A stretch of DNA of 62,700 nt, the filler included. It is 2 parts of 2 records of this genome, joined end to end, with 100 filler letters (N's around TTAATTAATTAA, not from the genome) between each part and the next. Parts side by side here need not be neighbours in the genome. Positions count along the whole stretch, not along the records: positions 31,357 to 62,700 come from SRR20825006_85; 1 more part is not named here. One strand, given 5' to 3'. Made by a program: the position numbers and the translations under genes. The notes under the pieces are model-generated. The model saw nothing but the letters and a program-made list of their open reading frames with translations, had not been told where the DNA came from and ran no database searches. This document shows, piece by piece, positions 31,257 to 41,136 of this stretch. The first letter of the stretch is position 1; each line of letters begins with the position of its first letter.

Positions 31257-31356
31257 NNNNNNNNNNNNNNNNNNNNNNNNNNNNNNNNNNNNNNNNNNNN
31301 TTAATTAATTAANNNNNNNNNNNNNNNNNNNNNNNNNNNNNNNNNNNNNNNNNNNN
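31257..31356. other. Artificial contig-joining spacer
   Basis: 44 N + TTAATTAATTAA (stops in all six frames) + 44 N = exactly 100 nt; genes on both sides are truncated. Confidence 0.97.
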
Positions 31357-31358
31357 GT

Positions 31359-32825
31359 TCATTTTCTTTTTTTAGAGATGAAATTGTCGCTTGGGAGCGC
31401 AATGAGCAAGCCTTAAATGAGGACAATCTTCCTCAAGACATTGATCAGATCTTAACCCATCTTGATGAAAAATATGGGCTAGAGGGAAGAGATGTCAATC
31501 TCAAAACCTACTACGCCGAACGTGCAATTGCTGTTAATCTAAGCGCTTCAAAAGATAGTCTGGCGCCTGAAAAGGCAAAACAGGCTGCATTTTTTTATAT
31601 CGATCCTGTCTCTTTAGAAGAGCAATCTTATACTGACGCCTATAGCCTGGGAGAATTTTTATATCGCCTGCACTTTTTTGCTCAAATATATTATCCCGTG
31701 GGTTATTACCTCTCAGGCTTTGTGGCGTTTTTCTTTTTATTTGCAATCATTACCGGCGTTCTCGTTCATTGGAAAAAGATAGTTTCTAACTTCTATACCT
31801 TCAGACCGTGGGCTAAGTTAAAAACCTTATGGACCGATGCACACACTGCATTAGGAATCTTAGGATTGCCTTTTCAATTTATTTTGGCAGTGACCGGTGC
31901 GTTTTTTATGCTTAAAGCATTGCTTGTTGCGCCTAGTGTTTTGTCGCTGTATCACGGTGACCAGGCGCAATTGTATAAAGATCTTGAGTACGACATCCCG
32001 GTTTACGAATTCACGTACCAGCCCATTCAAGCACTTCCTTCAATCAATAATTATATTGAAAAAACACAGCAAGAATGGAAAGATTATGATTTAAACGAAG
32101 TTGCCATCCACAATTATGGCGATGCCAATATGAAGGTCACGCTAAACGGAAAATTAGACTATCAATCTAAATTTAACGCTCCCGGAAGCATCGTTTATAC
32201 CCCTTCTACTTCAGAGCAACACATTGTTAAAGATCCGTATCAGCCGGCATCCTATCTCGACGCGGTAAAAAATGTGATGTTTCGACTTCATTTTGGAGAC
32301 TATGGCGGCTATTTTCTTAGAGTCGTTTCTTTTATTCTGGGTGTTTTATCCTGTATAGTCATTATATCAGGAGTCTTAATTTGGCTGGTTGCCAGAGACC
32401 GAAAAAATCTTCCTGATAAAAAACGCAAATTTTACAATCGCGTAGCGCGTATTTATATGGCAATTTGTCTAAGCATGTACCCTGTTACCGCAGCGGCTTT
32501 TATTGCTGTCAAGGTAAATCAAGGCGCCGGCCAATCGTTTCTTTATTGGTTTTACTTTCTATTATGGGCTGTATTGAGTGTTTTTCTTATTCTGAAAAAA
32601 GATCTCAAATATATGAGTGATTTCTGCTTACTTTCCGGTGGATTTTTAGCAGTCCTCATTCCCGTCTGCAACGGAATATTTAGCCAAGCTTGGTTCTGGC
32701 AAACCTTTGCTCAAGGCCACGTGCAAATTGCATTTATAGATGTCTCGTGGATCGTGCTCGCCATTATTAGTTTTTTCGCATTTGCGAAATCAAAAAAGTC
32801 AAAAACGAAACTTGCTTACAAGTAA
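31359..32825 (+). CDS. PepSY-associated TM helix protein (5'-truncated)
   Basis: Frame reads from the contig edge (SFSFFRDEIVAWER...FLYRLHFF); DAHTALG; RLHFGDYGG; multiple TM helices. Confidence 0.85.
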   Translation, partial: SFSFFRDEIVAWERNEQALNEDNLPQDIDQILTHLDEKYGLEGRDVNLKTYYAERAIAVNLSASKDSLAPEKAKQAAFFYIDPVSLEEQSYTDAYSLGEFLYRLHFFAQIYYPVGYYLSGFVAFFFLFAIITGVLVHWKKIVSNFYTFRPWAKLKTLWTDAHTALGILGLPFQFILAVTGAFFMLKALLVAPSVLSLYHGDQAQLYKDLEYDIPVYEFTYQPIQALPSINNYIEKTQQEWKDYDLNEVAIHNYGDANMKVTLNGKLDYQSKFNAPGSIVYTPSTSEQHIVKDPYQPASYLDAVKNVMFRLHFGDYGGYFLRVVSFILGVLSCIVIISGVLIWLVARDRKNLPDKKRKFYNRVARIYMAICLSMYPVTAAAFIAVKVNQGAGQSFLYWFYFLLWAVLSVFLILKKDLKYMSDFCLLSGGFLAVLIPVCNGIFSQAWFWQTFAQGHVQIAFIDVSWIVLAIISFFAFAKSKKSKTKLAYK

Positions 32826-33640
32826 TTGAACCCAAAGGTTCCCTGAGTCACTTGAATGGTAGATGCCCCTTGCGCGGTAAAAGAGAACGTACCTCCAATG
32901 GATCCTTCTTGCGTATTATGCGAAGTGATGGTCACCGTGCCTGATTGTACAAGCGTATTGAATCCGCTAAAATAAGCCGCTTGATACGGACTGTCAACAG
33001 TGAAATCTGTTAATGGATAAGTGCCTTTTTCTATCGTTCTGGGAAGTCGAAGTCTAATATTAGCGGTGTTGTTTGCACCTGTTCCGGTTATAAAATTAGG
33101 CCCCGCCGAAGCGCTTACACTGGGTGGCGTAAAAGCCGTACCGTTTATTCTGCAATAAAAAGAATTAGGGACCACAGGATCTAATACCGGTGGTACAGGT
33201 TCAAAATAATAGGGTATTTCATAAAAAACACCTTTGGTGAAATATACTTCGGTAGTATCTACAGAAGTCACTGCTCTAAACCTGAATGTGCCGGTATATG
33301 TACTGTCTGAAGCACGCTCTACAATCACCTCTCCTTCTCCATCAAAATTGGTAGAAAAGACTTTTCCTCTTACGTTGGTATAATTTGCCCGTGCAGTATT
33401 TGTAGGACCTAATTCAAAAGTACCCTCGCCATAATTAGGCAAAACCAGTTGCACCGTTTGCGTTCCCAAAGACCCATAAATAGTTACTTCACCAGCATCG
33501 GTAAGTTCGTAACGCATCGCATCGGCTTTGTAAAAAACAGTGTCCCGCACCCCTTGAAAAGCCGGACTGTTAAACGTAATATCATCAGAGCACGAACAAA
33601 AAAGCAGCACGCTCATCGCAAATAAAAGGTACTTGATCAT
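32816..33640 (-). CDS. Lipoprotein, DUF6252-like, two domains
   Basis: Start moved to MIKYLLFAMSVLLFCSC (lipobox); FNSPAFQ; GTFRF and GTFSF motifs. Confidence 0.7.
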   Translation of the reverse strand: MIKYLLFAMSVLLFCSCSDDITFNSPAFQGVRDTVFYKADAMRYELTDAGEVTIYGSLGTQTVQLVLPNYGEGTFELGPTNTARANYTNVRGKVFSTNFDGEGEVIVERASDSTYTGTFRFRAVTSVDTTEVYFTKGVFYEIPYYFEPVPPVLDPVVPNSFYCRINGTAFTPPSVSASAGPNFITGTGANNTANIRLRLPRTIEKGTYPLTDFTVDSPYQAAYFSGFNTLVQSGTVTITSHNTQEGSIGGTFSFTAQGASTIQVTQGTFGFNYL

Positions 33641-33791
33641 AGCAGTAGTACGGTTTAGCAAACTAATCTCAAAATGCACTTTACCCTTAAAAGCAAATTT
33701 TTCAAATGCGAAGCAAAGTGACATTCTGGTTAATTGGGTTAAATTTAGAATTTTATCTTCCAAAAACATGTTGACAGCCAGAAATTTGTGG

Positions 33792-33799
33792 TATATTTG
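33792..33799 (+). promoter_or_regulatory. Bacteroidota housekeeping -7 box for rpsP
   Basis: TATATTTG with an upstream TTG at 33771. Confidence 0.7.
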
Positions 33800-33809
33800 C
33801 GCCCTCATT

Positions 33810-33894
33810 TAGAGAAGCTGTCTTAATACTATTCATTTTAAGATAGTTAATTACAAATTATAACCGGGGTCGGGTACCCCAAAAATTAATTTTT
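33810..33894 (+). ncRNA. Structured rpsP 5' leader (probable S16 ribosomal-protein leader)
   Basis: Hairpins AGCTGTCTTAA/TTAAGATAGTT (33816-33848) and GGGGT-CGGGT-ACCCC (33866-33880); an S16 leader family is described for Flavobacteria. Confidence 0.55.
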
Positions 33895-34437
33895 ATGCCA
33901 GTAAAAATCAGATTACAGAGACACGGTAAAAAAGGTAAACCTTTTTTCTGGGTAGTAGCGGCAGATTCGCGCGCTAAACGTGATGGTAAATTCTTAGAAA
34001 AACTAGGTTCTTACAATCCAAACACAAACCCTGCGACTATTGACTTAGACGTAGATTCTTCAGTAAAATGGTTGCAAAACGGGGCCCAGCCTACCGAAAC
34101 TGCAAAACGTTTACTTTCTTACACCGGTGTATTGCTTAAAAATCACTTAGCTGGTGGTGTGCGTAAAGGTGCATTAACAGAAGAGCAAGCAGAAGAAAAA
34201 TTCAATGCTTGGGTAGAAGAAAAAGCTTCTAAAGTTGAAGCTAAAAAAGAAGGTCTTACTAAAGCTCAGGAAAAAGCACGCAAAGAGGCTTTAGCTGCTG
34301 AAAAAGCGGTTAACGAAGCTCGTATCGCTGCTGCACAACCTGAAGAAGAAGTAGCTGAAGAGGCTGCTCCTGAAGCAGAAGCAACTACTGAAGAAGCTCC
34401 TGCTGCTGAAGAAAGCAACGAAGAAGAGGCTAAGTAA
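33895..34437 (+). CDS. rpsP: 30S ribosomal protein S16 with Ala/Glu-rich C-terminal extension
   Basis: VKIRLQRHGKKGKPF; RDGKFLEKLGSYNP; GAQPT. Confidence 0.97.
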   Translation: MPVKIRLQRHGKKGKPFFWVVAADSRAKRDGKFLEKLGSYNPNTNPATIDLDVDSSVKWLQNGAQPTETAKRLLSYTGVLLKNHLAGGVRKGALTEEQAEEKFNAWVEEKASKVEAKKEGLTKAQEKARKEALAAEKAVNEARIAAAQPEEEVAEEAAPEAEATTEEAPAAEESNEEEAK

Positions 34438-34448
34438 ATCGTACCACG

Positions 34449-34973
34449 ATGCGCAAAGAAGAATGTTTCTATCTGGGCAAAATCGTGCGAAAATTTAGCT
34501 TTAAGGGCGAGTTACTAGCAAAGCTAGACACAGACGAACCCGAAATGTATGAAGAATTGGAATCAGTATTTGTCGAATTTAACGGCAATCTGGTTCCTTT
34601 TTTTATACAATCGTGCCAACTGCACAAGTCTACTTTATTACGCATAGATTTTGAAGATGTCAACACCGAAGAAGATGCAGAAGATCTTGTAAATGCTGAG
34701 CTGTATCTACCACTGTCTATGCTTCCGGAACTCGAAGGCAACAAGTTTTACTACCACGAGATCATTGGCTTTAAAGTAAATGACATCTATTTTGGTGAAG
34801 TAGGCACAATTACCGGTGTTAACGATAATACCGCTCAAGCTCTTTTTGAAATTGATCACAAGGGCAAAGAAGTACTGATCCCCATTAACGATGACTTCAT
34901 CAAAAAAGTAGATCGAAGCACTAAAACCATAACGCTGGATACCCCCGAAGGGCTTATCGAGATCTATTTGTAA
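34449..34973 (+). CDS. rimM: 16S rRNA processing protein RimM
   Basis: GKI...KGE; FYYHEIIG; LIP; follows rpsP. Confidence 0.95.
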   Translation: MRKEECFYLGKIVRKFSFKGELLAKLDTDEPEMYEELESVFVEFNGNLVPFFIQSCQLHKSTLLRIDFEDVNTEEDAEDLVNAELYLPLSMLPELEGNKFYYHEIIGFKVNDIYFGEVGTITGVNDNTAQALFEIDHKGKEVLIPINDDFIKKVDRSTKTITLDTPEGLIEIYL

Positions 34974-34996
34974 CAGTATTCTCAACCGGTTACGTT

Positions 34997-35719
34997 TTGT
35001 CAAAACTTTTCAAATTCAAACAATTTACCGTCAATCAAGATCGCTGTGCGATGAAAATAGGTACCGATGGAGTTTTACTGGGCGCCTGGACGCCAGTAGA
35101 CCAAAATCCGTTTTCAATACTGGATATTGGCACCGGTACAGGGGTTATTGCACTGATGCTCGCCCAACGCTGTGATGCAGAACTTGTAGACGCACTAGAG
35201 CTTGATGAAGATGCTTATGAGCAGGCGGTAGAAAACTTTGAAGCTTCGCCATGGGGCGATCGCCTGTTTTGTTATCACGCACACCTCTATGAGTTTGCGA
35301 CAGAAATCGAGGATACTTACGATTTAATCACCTGCAACCCGCCATTTTTTGAAGGAAATGCTCCGCAAGCCGAGCAGCAAGGTTCTGCCCGGGAACAGGC
35401 ACGTTTTGAAGAATCTATGCCGTTTGAACTGCTTGTAGCTTCGGCCAATCAATTGCTCAATCCTAACGGAATATTCAGTGTGGTGATTCCTTATAATCGT
35501 GAGCAAGAATTTATTCATCTCGCTGCCCGAGGAAATTTATTTCCGCAGAAAATTACCCGTGTAAAAGGAAATGCTCAGGTCGAAGCAAAACGCTCCCTGC
35601 TGCTTTTCAGCAGAACACAAACCACTCCGCAAAAAGACGAATTAATTATCGAAATTTCTCGTCACCACTACACCGAAGCTTATCAAGAACTAGTGAAAGA
35701 TTTCTATCTAAAAATGTAA
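34997..35719 (+). CDS. tRNA1(Val) adenine(37)-N6 methyltransferase (YfiC/TrmN6)
   Basis: FKFKQF; MKIGTDGVLLG; LDIGTGTG; NPPFF. Confidence 0.9.
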   Translation: MSKLFKFKQFTVNQDRCAMKIGTDGVLLGAWTPVDQNPFSILDIGTGTGVIALMLAQRCDAELVDALELDEDAYEQAVENFEASPWGDRLFCYHAHLYEFATEIEDTYDLITCNPPFFEGNAPQAEQQGSAREQARFEESMPFELLVASANQLLNPNGIFSVVIPYNREQEFIHLAARGNLFPQKITRVKGNAQVEAKRSLLLFSRTQTTPQKDELIIEISRHHYTEAYQELVKDFYLKM

Positions 35720-35856
35720 GCTTGTCTTGCGCTATTGAAAATTTTAAAGAATTGTTTCTGATGCTTTAGCAAAATGCTAAATTTAGATAGTTACAAAACA
35801 CAATCTTTAAAGCATTAATAATTCAACAGCTTAGGCTGTTTTTCAATAAGCACTTT

Positions 35857-37035
35857 ATGAAACCTGATCTTTTTGAAGCTCCCGATTATTACAACCTTGA
35901 TGATCTTTTAACCGAAGAACACAAACTTGTGCGAAGCGCTGCTCGCGATTGGGTGAAACGCGATATTTCTCCTATCATTGAGGAAGCTGCCCAAAAAGCT
36001 GAATTCCCTAAGGAAATCATTAAAGGTCTTGCCGAAATTGGTGCTTTTGGTCCATACATTCCTGAAGAATACGGTGGCGCCGGTTTAGACCAGATAAGCT
36101 ACGGTCTCATTATGCAAGAGATTGAGCGTGGGGATAGCGGTGTACGCTCAACAGCTTCGGTGCAGTCGTCGCTGGTTATGTATCCTATTTTTAAATTTGG
36201 TTCTGAAGCGCAACGCAAAACGTATTTACCCAAACTTGCCAGCGGTGAATTTATGGGTTGCTTTGGCCTTACTGAACCTGATCACGGTTCTAACCCCGGC
36301 GGGATGGTAACTAATTTTAAAGACAAAGGCGATCATTACCTTTTGAACGGAGCCAAAATGTGGATCTCAAATGCCCCATTTGCAGATATCGCGGTGGTAT
36401 GGGCAAAAGATGAATCCGGGAGAATACACGGCTTGATCGTTGAGCGCGGAATGGAAGGTTTTTCTACACCCACAACGCATAATAAATGGTCGCTGCGTGC
36501 TAGTGCCACTGGCGAACTCATTTTTGATAATGTAAAAGTTCCTAAAGAGAATCTGCTCCCTAATAAGTCAGGGTTGGGTGCTCCTTTGATGTGTTTAGAT
36601 TCGGCACGTTTTGGTATCGCTTGGGGTGCCATAGGCGCTGCGATGGATTGCTACGATACGGCATTACGCTATGCAAAAGAGCGGGAGCAATTTGGTAAAC
36701 CCATTGGATCTTTTCAGCTTCAGCAAAAAAAACTCGCAGAAATGATCACCGAGATCACTAAGGCACAACTTCTTGCCTGGCGTTTGGGAAGTCTTAGAAA
36801 TGAGGGCAAAGCAACTTCAGCACAGATCTCAATGGCCAAACGCAACAATGTAGAAATGGCACTTAAAATTGCTCGCGAAGCTAGACAAATACTGGGCGGA
36901 ATGGGCATCACCGGTGAATACAGCATTATGCGGCATATGATGAATTTAGAAAGTGTGGTCACTTATGAAGGTACACACGATATTCATCTCCTCATCACCG
37001 GGATGGACGTTACCGGCCTCAATGCGTTTAAATAA
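35857..37035 (+). CDS. Acyl-CoA dehydrogenase, glutaryl-CoA dehydrogenase-like
   Basis: ERGDSG; CFGLTEPDHGS; GAKMWISN; TYEGTHDIH. Confidence 0.9.
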   Translation: MKPDLFEAPDYYNLDDLLTEEHKLVRSAARDWVKRDISPIIEEAAQKAEFPKEIIKGLAEIGAFGPYIPEEYGGAGLDQISYGLIMQEIERGDSGVRSTASVQSSLVMYPIFKFGSEAQRKTYLPKLASGEFMGCFGLTEPDHGSNPGGMVTNFKDKGDHYLLNGAKMWISNAPFADIAVVWAKDESGRIHGLIVERGMEGFSTPTTHNKWSLRASATGELIFDNVKVPKENLLPNKSGLGAPLMCLDSARFGIAWGAIGAAMDCYDTALRYAKEREQFGKPIGSFQLQQKKLAEMITEITKAQLLAWRLGSLRNEGKATSAQISMAKRNNVEMALKIAREARQILGGMGITGEYSIMRHMMNLESVVTYEGTHDIHLLITGMDVTGLNAFK

Positions 37036-37114
37036 TAGCAGTATAAGGATTATCACGGGTTAAAATAGCATATAGTCAAATTGGTTTTTTTAATTTTGCA
37101 AAAATTTGTTTTTG

Positions 37115-37891
37115 ATGATTAAGTATATCAATAAGGCGATCGCACCGTATCAGGACGAACTGTTAAATCATACGCTCTATAAAAAATTACGCACTCCGGC
37201 AGATCTGCAATCTTTTATGCAGCATCACGTGTTTGCCGTTTGGGATTTTATGTCTCTTCTAAAAGCGCTACAATTTGATTTAACTAAGGTTTCAACTCCG
37301 TGGTACCCTATTGGTAATCCTGAGATTCGCTACTTGATCAATGAGATCGTTCTTGCTGAAGAAACAGACATCAATATGGAGGGTAAGCGCCAGAGCCATT
37401 TTGAAATGTATCTGGATGCGATGAAAAAATCTGATGCTTCTTTAGAACAAATAAGTAGTTTTTTAAACCACATTACGCACGGTACAGACGTTTTCTTAGT
37501 CATCGCCGTGAGTGACATTCCAGAAAGTGTAAAGGAGTTTTTACGCTTTACTTTTGAGATTATTGCTGAAGGAAAACCGCACAAGATCGCTGCTGCTTTT
37601 ACCTTTGGTCGTGAAGACTTGATCCCAGATATGTTCAGTAAAATTATTACTGAAATACAAACCAATTTCCCGAAACAAGACTTGAGCTTGTTCAAGTATT
37701 ATTTTGATCGTCACATTGAACTGGATGGTGACGAGCACGGCCCAATGGCTTTAAAAATGATCGAAGAACTCTGCGGAACGGATTCGCTTAAATGGGAAGA
37801 AGTAAAACATACAGCAGTCGAGGCGCTACGCAGGCGCATCGTACTCTGGAGCGGTATTGAACAGGAAATAACCGATAAAATCACCGCTTAG
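37115..37891 (+). CDS. DUF3050 protein (heme-oxygenase-like fold)
   Basis: HVFAVWDFMSLLK; EETD; SHFEMY; FGREDLIP; HIELDGDEHG. Confidence 0.85.
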   Translation: MIKYINKAIAPYQDELLNHTLYKKLRTPADLQSFMQHHVFAVWDFMSLLKALQFDLTKVSTPWYPIGNPEIRYLINEIVLAEETDINMEGKRQSHFEMYLDAMKKSDASLEQISSFLNHITHGTDVFLVIAVSDIPESVKEFLRFTFEIIAEGKPHKIAAAFTFGREDLIPDMFSKIITEIQTNFPKQDLSLFKYYFDRHIELDGDEHGPMALKMIEELCGTDSLKWEEVKHTAVEALRRRIVLWSGIEQEITDKITA

Positions 37892-37956
37892 GTTTTCACA
37901 CTCCTGAGGTCACTTTTAATTATATCCTAAGTCGTATCTTAGCTTTAAAAGCTTAG

Positions 37957-38853
37957 ATGTCTTCTATAACACGTTTTGATCGTGCATTTGCTAATGCGCC
38001 AGTAATTCCGTTTTCAGACGAAAGCAAATTTATTCTGTTTAGCGATTGTCATCGCGGTGATAATAGTGGTGCAGACGATTTTGCTAACAACCGAAACATC
38101 TACTTTCACGCGCTCAAGCAATATTATCAGAATGGGTTCACCTATTGCGAACTTGGAGATGGTGATGAGTTATGGGAAAATCTTTCGTTTGACACGATCT
38201 TTGAATCCCACAAAAATGTTTACGGTCTTATGCAGCAATTTTATGCTGAAGGACGCCTGCATTTAATTTGGGGAAATCACGATATGGTTTACAAAAATCA
38301 AAACTATGTGGAAAAGCACCTTCACACATTTTTTGACCGAAAAACAGACAGCGACCAACCCCTGTTCCCGGGAATCAAAGTGCACGAAGCGCTTATTTTA
38401 AAACATACCGAAACCAACCAAGAACTCTTTTTATGCCACGGGCATCAAGCCGACTGGATGAATTATGTTGCCTGGCAGTTTAACCGCTTTATGGTACGTG
38501 TTTTGTGGCGTCCTTTACAGGGCGCAGGAATTTCAGATCCTACGAGTCCCGCAAAGAATTATTACGAACTCATAAAAGTTGAACGCCGTACAAAAAAATG
38601 GATCACCCAACGCGACAATCAGTTTACGATTACCGGCCACACGCACCGGCCAAGATTTCCAGAACCAGGAGACATTGCTTATTTTAATGACGGAAGCTGT
38701 GTACACCCACGCAGTATTACGGGTTTAGAAATCGAAAATGGCGCAATAACGCTTATAAAATGGCAAATTGCGACTACTGAAGACGGCTTTTTAAGAATCA
38801 TACGTATTCCGCTGGAAGGCCCGCAAAAACTGATAGCTTATCAAACAAAATAA
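37957..38853 (+). CDS. Calcineurin-like metallophosphoesterase
   Basis: SDCH; GDGDE; GNHD; HGH; GHTH. Confidence 0.88.
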   Translation: MSSITRFDRAFANAPVIPFSDESKFILFSDCHRGDNSGADDFANNRNIYFHALKQYYQNGFTYCELGDGDELWENLSFDTIFESHKNVYGLMQQFYAEGRLHLIWGNHDMVYKNQNYVEKHLHTFFDRKTDSDQPLFPGIKVHEALILKHTETNQELFLCHGHQADWMNYVAWQFNRFMVRVLWRPLQGAGISDPTSPAKNYYELIKVERRTKKWITQRDNQFTITGHTHRPRFPEPGDIAYFNDGSCVHPRSITGLEIENGAITLIKWQIATTEDGFLRIIRIPLEGPQKLIAYQTK

Positions 38854-38861
38854 AAAACATT

Positions 38862-39593
38862 ATGCTTAAATACATAAGTGCTTTAGTAGCACCCGTTATC
38901 ATCTTTGCCATTTTAGGCTGCGCTGATGGTGATGACAACACTATTGAAATAGAAGAAATTCCGGTAAATACTTCTGAAGCAGATTATACCTATCTGGCTT
39001 TGGGAGATAGTTATACCATAGGGGAAAGCGTTTGTTCTACGTGCAGGTTTCCCATTCAACTTAAAGAACAAATTGAAGAGCAAACAGGTAGCACTGTTGA
39101 AACTGATATTATCGCAACTACAGGATGGCGCACCGATGATCTTATCAACGCGATCAATACCGAAAACCCTTCTGAAAATTATGATTTTGTCACCCTACTT
39201 ATAGGTGTGAATAATCAATACCAAGGACGCAGCTTTAGTCAGTATGAGAATGAGTTTCCTCAATTATTGATGACAGCGATCAATTTGGCAAAAGGTGAAA
39301 AAAACCGCGTGATAGTTGTTTCTATCCCTGATTATGCGTACACCCCATTTGGTCAAAATAGCGGTAATCCTGAGCAGATCTCAGAAGAAATAGATGCGTA
39401 TAATGCTTATGCCAGAGAAGTTGCAGAACGCCGTGGAGTGCGTTTTGTAAATATCACCGATATTACCAGAAGAGGGATCGCCGAGCCTAATCTTGTTGCG
39501 CGCGATGGTTTGCATCCTTCAGCAGGTGCTTATGCTGAATTTACCGAACGGCTCTCTCCTTTTGTTTTGAGCTTGCTTCGAAAACAATCTTAG
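38862..39593 (+). CDS. SGNH/GDSL hydrolase lipoprotein
   Basis: Lipobox ILGC; GDSYT; GVNN; DGLHP. Confidence 0.9.
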   Translation: MLKYISALVAPVIIFAILGCADGDDNTIEIEEIPVNTSEADYTYLALGDSYTIGESVCSTCRFPIQLKEQIEEQTGSTVETDIIATTGWRTDDLINAINTENPSENYDFVTLLIGVNNQYQGRSFSQYENEFPQLLMTAINLAKGEKNRVIVVSIPDYAYTPFGQNSGNPEQISEEIDAYNAYAREVAERRGVRFVNITDITRRGIAEPNLVARDGLHPSAGAYAEFTERLSPFVLSLLRKQS

Positions 39594-39598
39594 ATACG

Positions 39599-39634
39599 AA
39601 AAAAGGGACATTGAAAAACTCAAGTCCCTTTTTT
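39599..39634. terminator. Bidirectional terminator
   Basis: AAAAAAGGGAC/GTCCCTTTTTT between convergent genes. Confidence 0.75.
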
Positions 39635-39654
39635 AATGCTTTTATAACTGTGAT

Positions 39655-39975
39655 TTAACTCTCAGGTGCCAGTTTTACTTCTAGCCCGTGTAAGTCTGAA
39701 GTAATAGGAATCTGGCATCCCAGGCGGCTATTTTCTTCTACATTAAAAGCTTCAGAAAGCATCGCTTCTTCATCATACCCCATTTCATTAAGCTTATGCT
39801 CAGAAAGCACGTAGCACTGGCAAGAAGCGCACATCGCCATTCCGCCGCAGGTACCTTCAACCGGAAGTTCATACATTTTACAAACTTCCATCAAGTTTAA
39901 ATTCATATCAGTGGGTGCCTCCAGTGCGTGAGCCACTCCTTCACGGTCTATTACTGTAATCGTAACATCTTGCAT
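39655..39975 (-). CDS. 2Fe-2S ferredoxin (adrenodoxin type)
   Basis: CGGMAMCASC and SRLGCQ. Confidence 0.92.
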   Translation of the reverse strand: MQDVTITVIDREGVAHALEAPTDMNLNLMEVCKMYELPVEGTCGGMAMCASCQCYVLSEHKLNEMGYDEEAMLSEAFNVEENSRLGCQIPITSDLHGLEVKLAPES

Positions 39976-40054
39976 AGTGCTGTATTTTGACCTGCAAAAT
40001 TAGTAAAAATCCTGCTTTAAACCGTTTAAAACCCTACTATTTTACTAGGATTAT

Positions 40055-40963
40055 TTAAACGTCACAGATTTTGATTCCTTCTTTTAGGGCTTTGATCTTG
40101 TCTGGATAGGTTGGAATAAACTCCTGTGCCACAAATCCGTTATAGCCGGTGTCTTTGATCGCTCGCATTATTGCAGGATAATTAAGCTCTTGCACCTCAG
40201 TAATCTCATTGCGACCGGGAACGCCTCCCGTATGATAATGCGCAAAATATTGATGATAATCCTGAATGGTGCGTATCACGTCACCCTCCATAATTTGCAT
40301 ATGATAAATATCGTAAAGCAACTTAAAATGCTCAGAGCCCAAGCGCTCGCAAAGCGCCACACCCCAAGGAGTATTGTCACATTGATAATCTGCGTGATCA
40401 ATTTTGCTGTTAAGCAATTCCATAATAAGCACAACATTTTTTTCTTCAGCTTGCTTTACCAAAGGCGCTAAACCTTCGGCACAGTTCGCCAAACCTTCTT
40501 CCTCGCTCAATTCACGCTTGTTTCCTGAAAAAACGATCACATTTTTAATCCCCGCTTCGCTCGCCTGATCTATAAGCTTTGCATACTGTTCTTGAAGCGG
40601 TTTATGGTTTGCGGGATCATTAAATCCGTTAGTGATACTCGCAAAACTTTCGGTAGCTACTGCACATTCTAAACCGTATTTCTTGGCGGTTTCCCATTCT
40701 TCAGGTTTGAGTAAATCAATTCCTTTAAGTCCTAAAGCTGCAGCTTCTTGTGCAAATTCTTCCAACGGAAAAGAATTATAACACCAGTAGCACGCCGAAT
40801 GATTGATATTACCCTTAAGCGCCTGATCTTCTTCTACCGCAGTAGCCTGTGGTTTGTCTTGATTGGCATCTTTACAGCTTAAAGTTGAAATACCTAAACT
40901 AACACCTCCTGTGGTTAGCGCAATATTTTTCAAAGCGTTTCTTCGGCTTTTAGAGTGACTCAT
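40055..40963 (-). CDS. Hydroxypyruvate-isomerase-like TIM barrel with Tat/lipoprotein signal
   Basis: SRRNALK; TLSC; MELLN; YDIYHMQIMEG; GVPGRNE; QEF. Confidence 0.82.
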   Translation of the reverse strand: MSHSKSRRNALKNIALTTGGVSLGISTLSCKDANQDKPQATAVEEDQALKGNINHSACYWCYNSFPLEEFAQEAAALGLKGIDLLKPEEWETAKKYGLECAVATESFASITNGFNDPANHKPLQEQYAKLIDQASEAGIKNVIVFSGNKRELSEEEGLANCAEGLAPLVKQAEEKNVVLIMELLNSKIDHADYQCDNTPWGVALCERLGSEHFKLLYDIYHMQIMEGDVIRTIQDYHQYFAHYHTGGVPGRNEITEVQELNYPAIMRAIKDTGYNGFVAQEFIPTYPDKIKALKEGIKICDV

Positions 40964-41073
40964 GGTTGTGATTTTAAAATAACAAAAGCTAAATATACTA
41001 TTTAAATGTAAATTTTACGTTTAAAATTCATTTCTAAACATTACATAATAAACCTTCCTGAGATCGTTAGGCT

Positions 41074-41107
41074 AAAAAAAAGCTGCGCAGTTTTACCTGG
41101 CAGCTTT
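41074..41107 (-). terminator. Terminator after the NfuA/NifU-C gene
   Basis: AAAGCTGC/GCAGCTTT with an A-run on +. Confidence 0.6.
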
Positions 41108-41136
41108 CACTTCTAAATAATGTATATGGAAGCCTT

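Noticed and set aside
29958..31312. lpdA as a pseudogene, and TTAATTAATTAA as a biological repeat
   Set aside because: Both are products of the contig end and synthetic spacer
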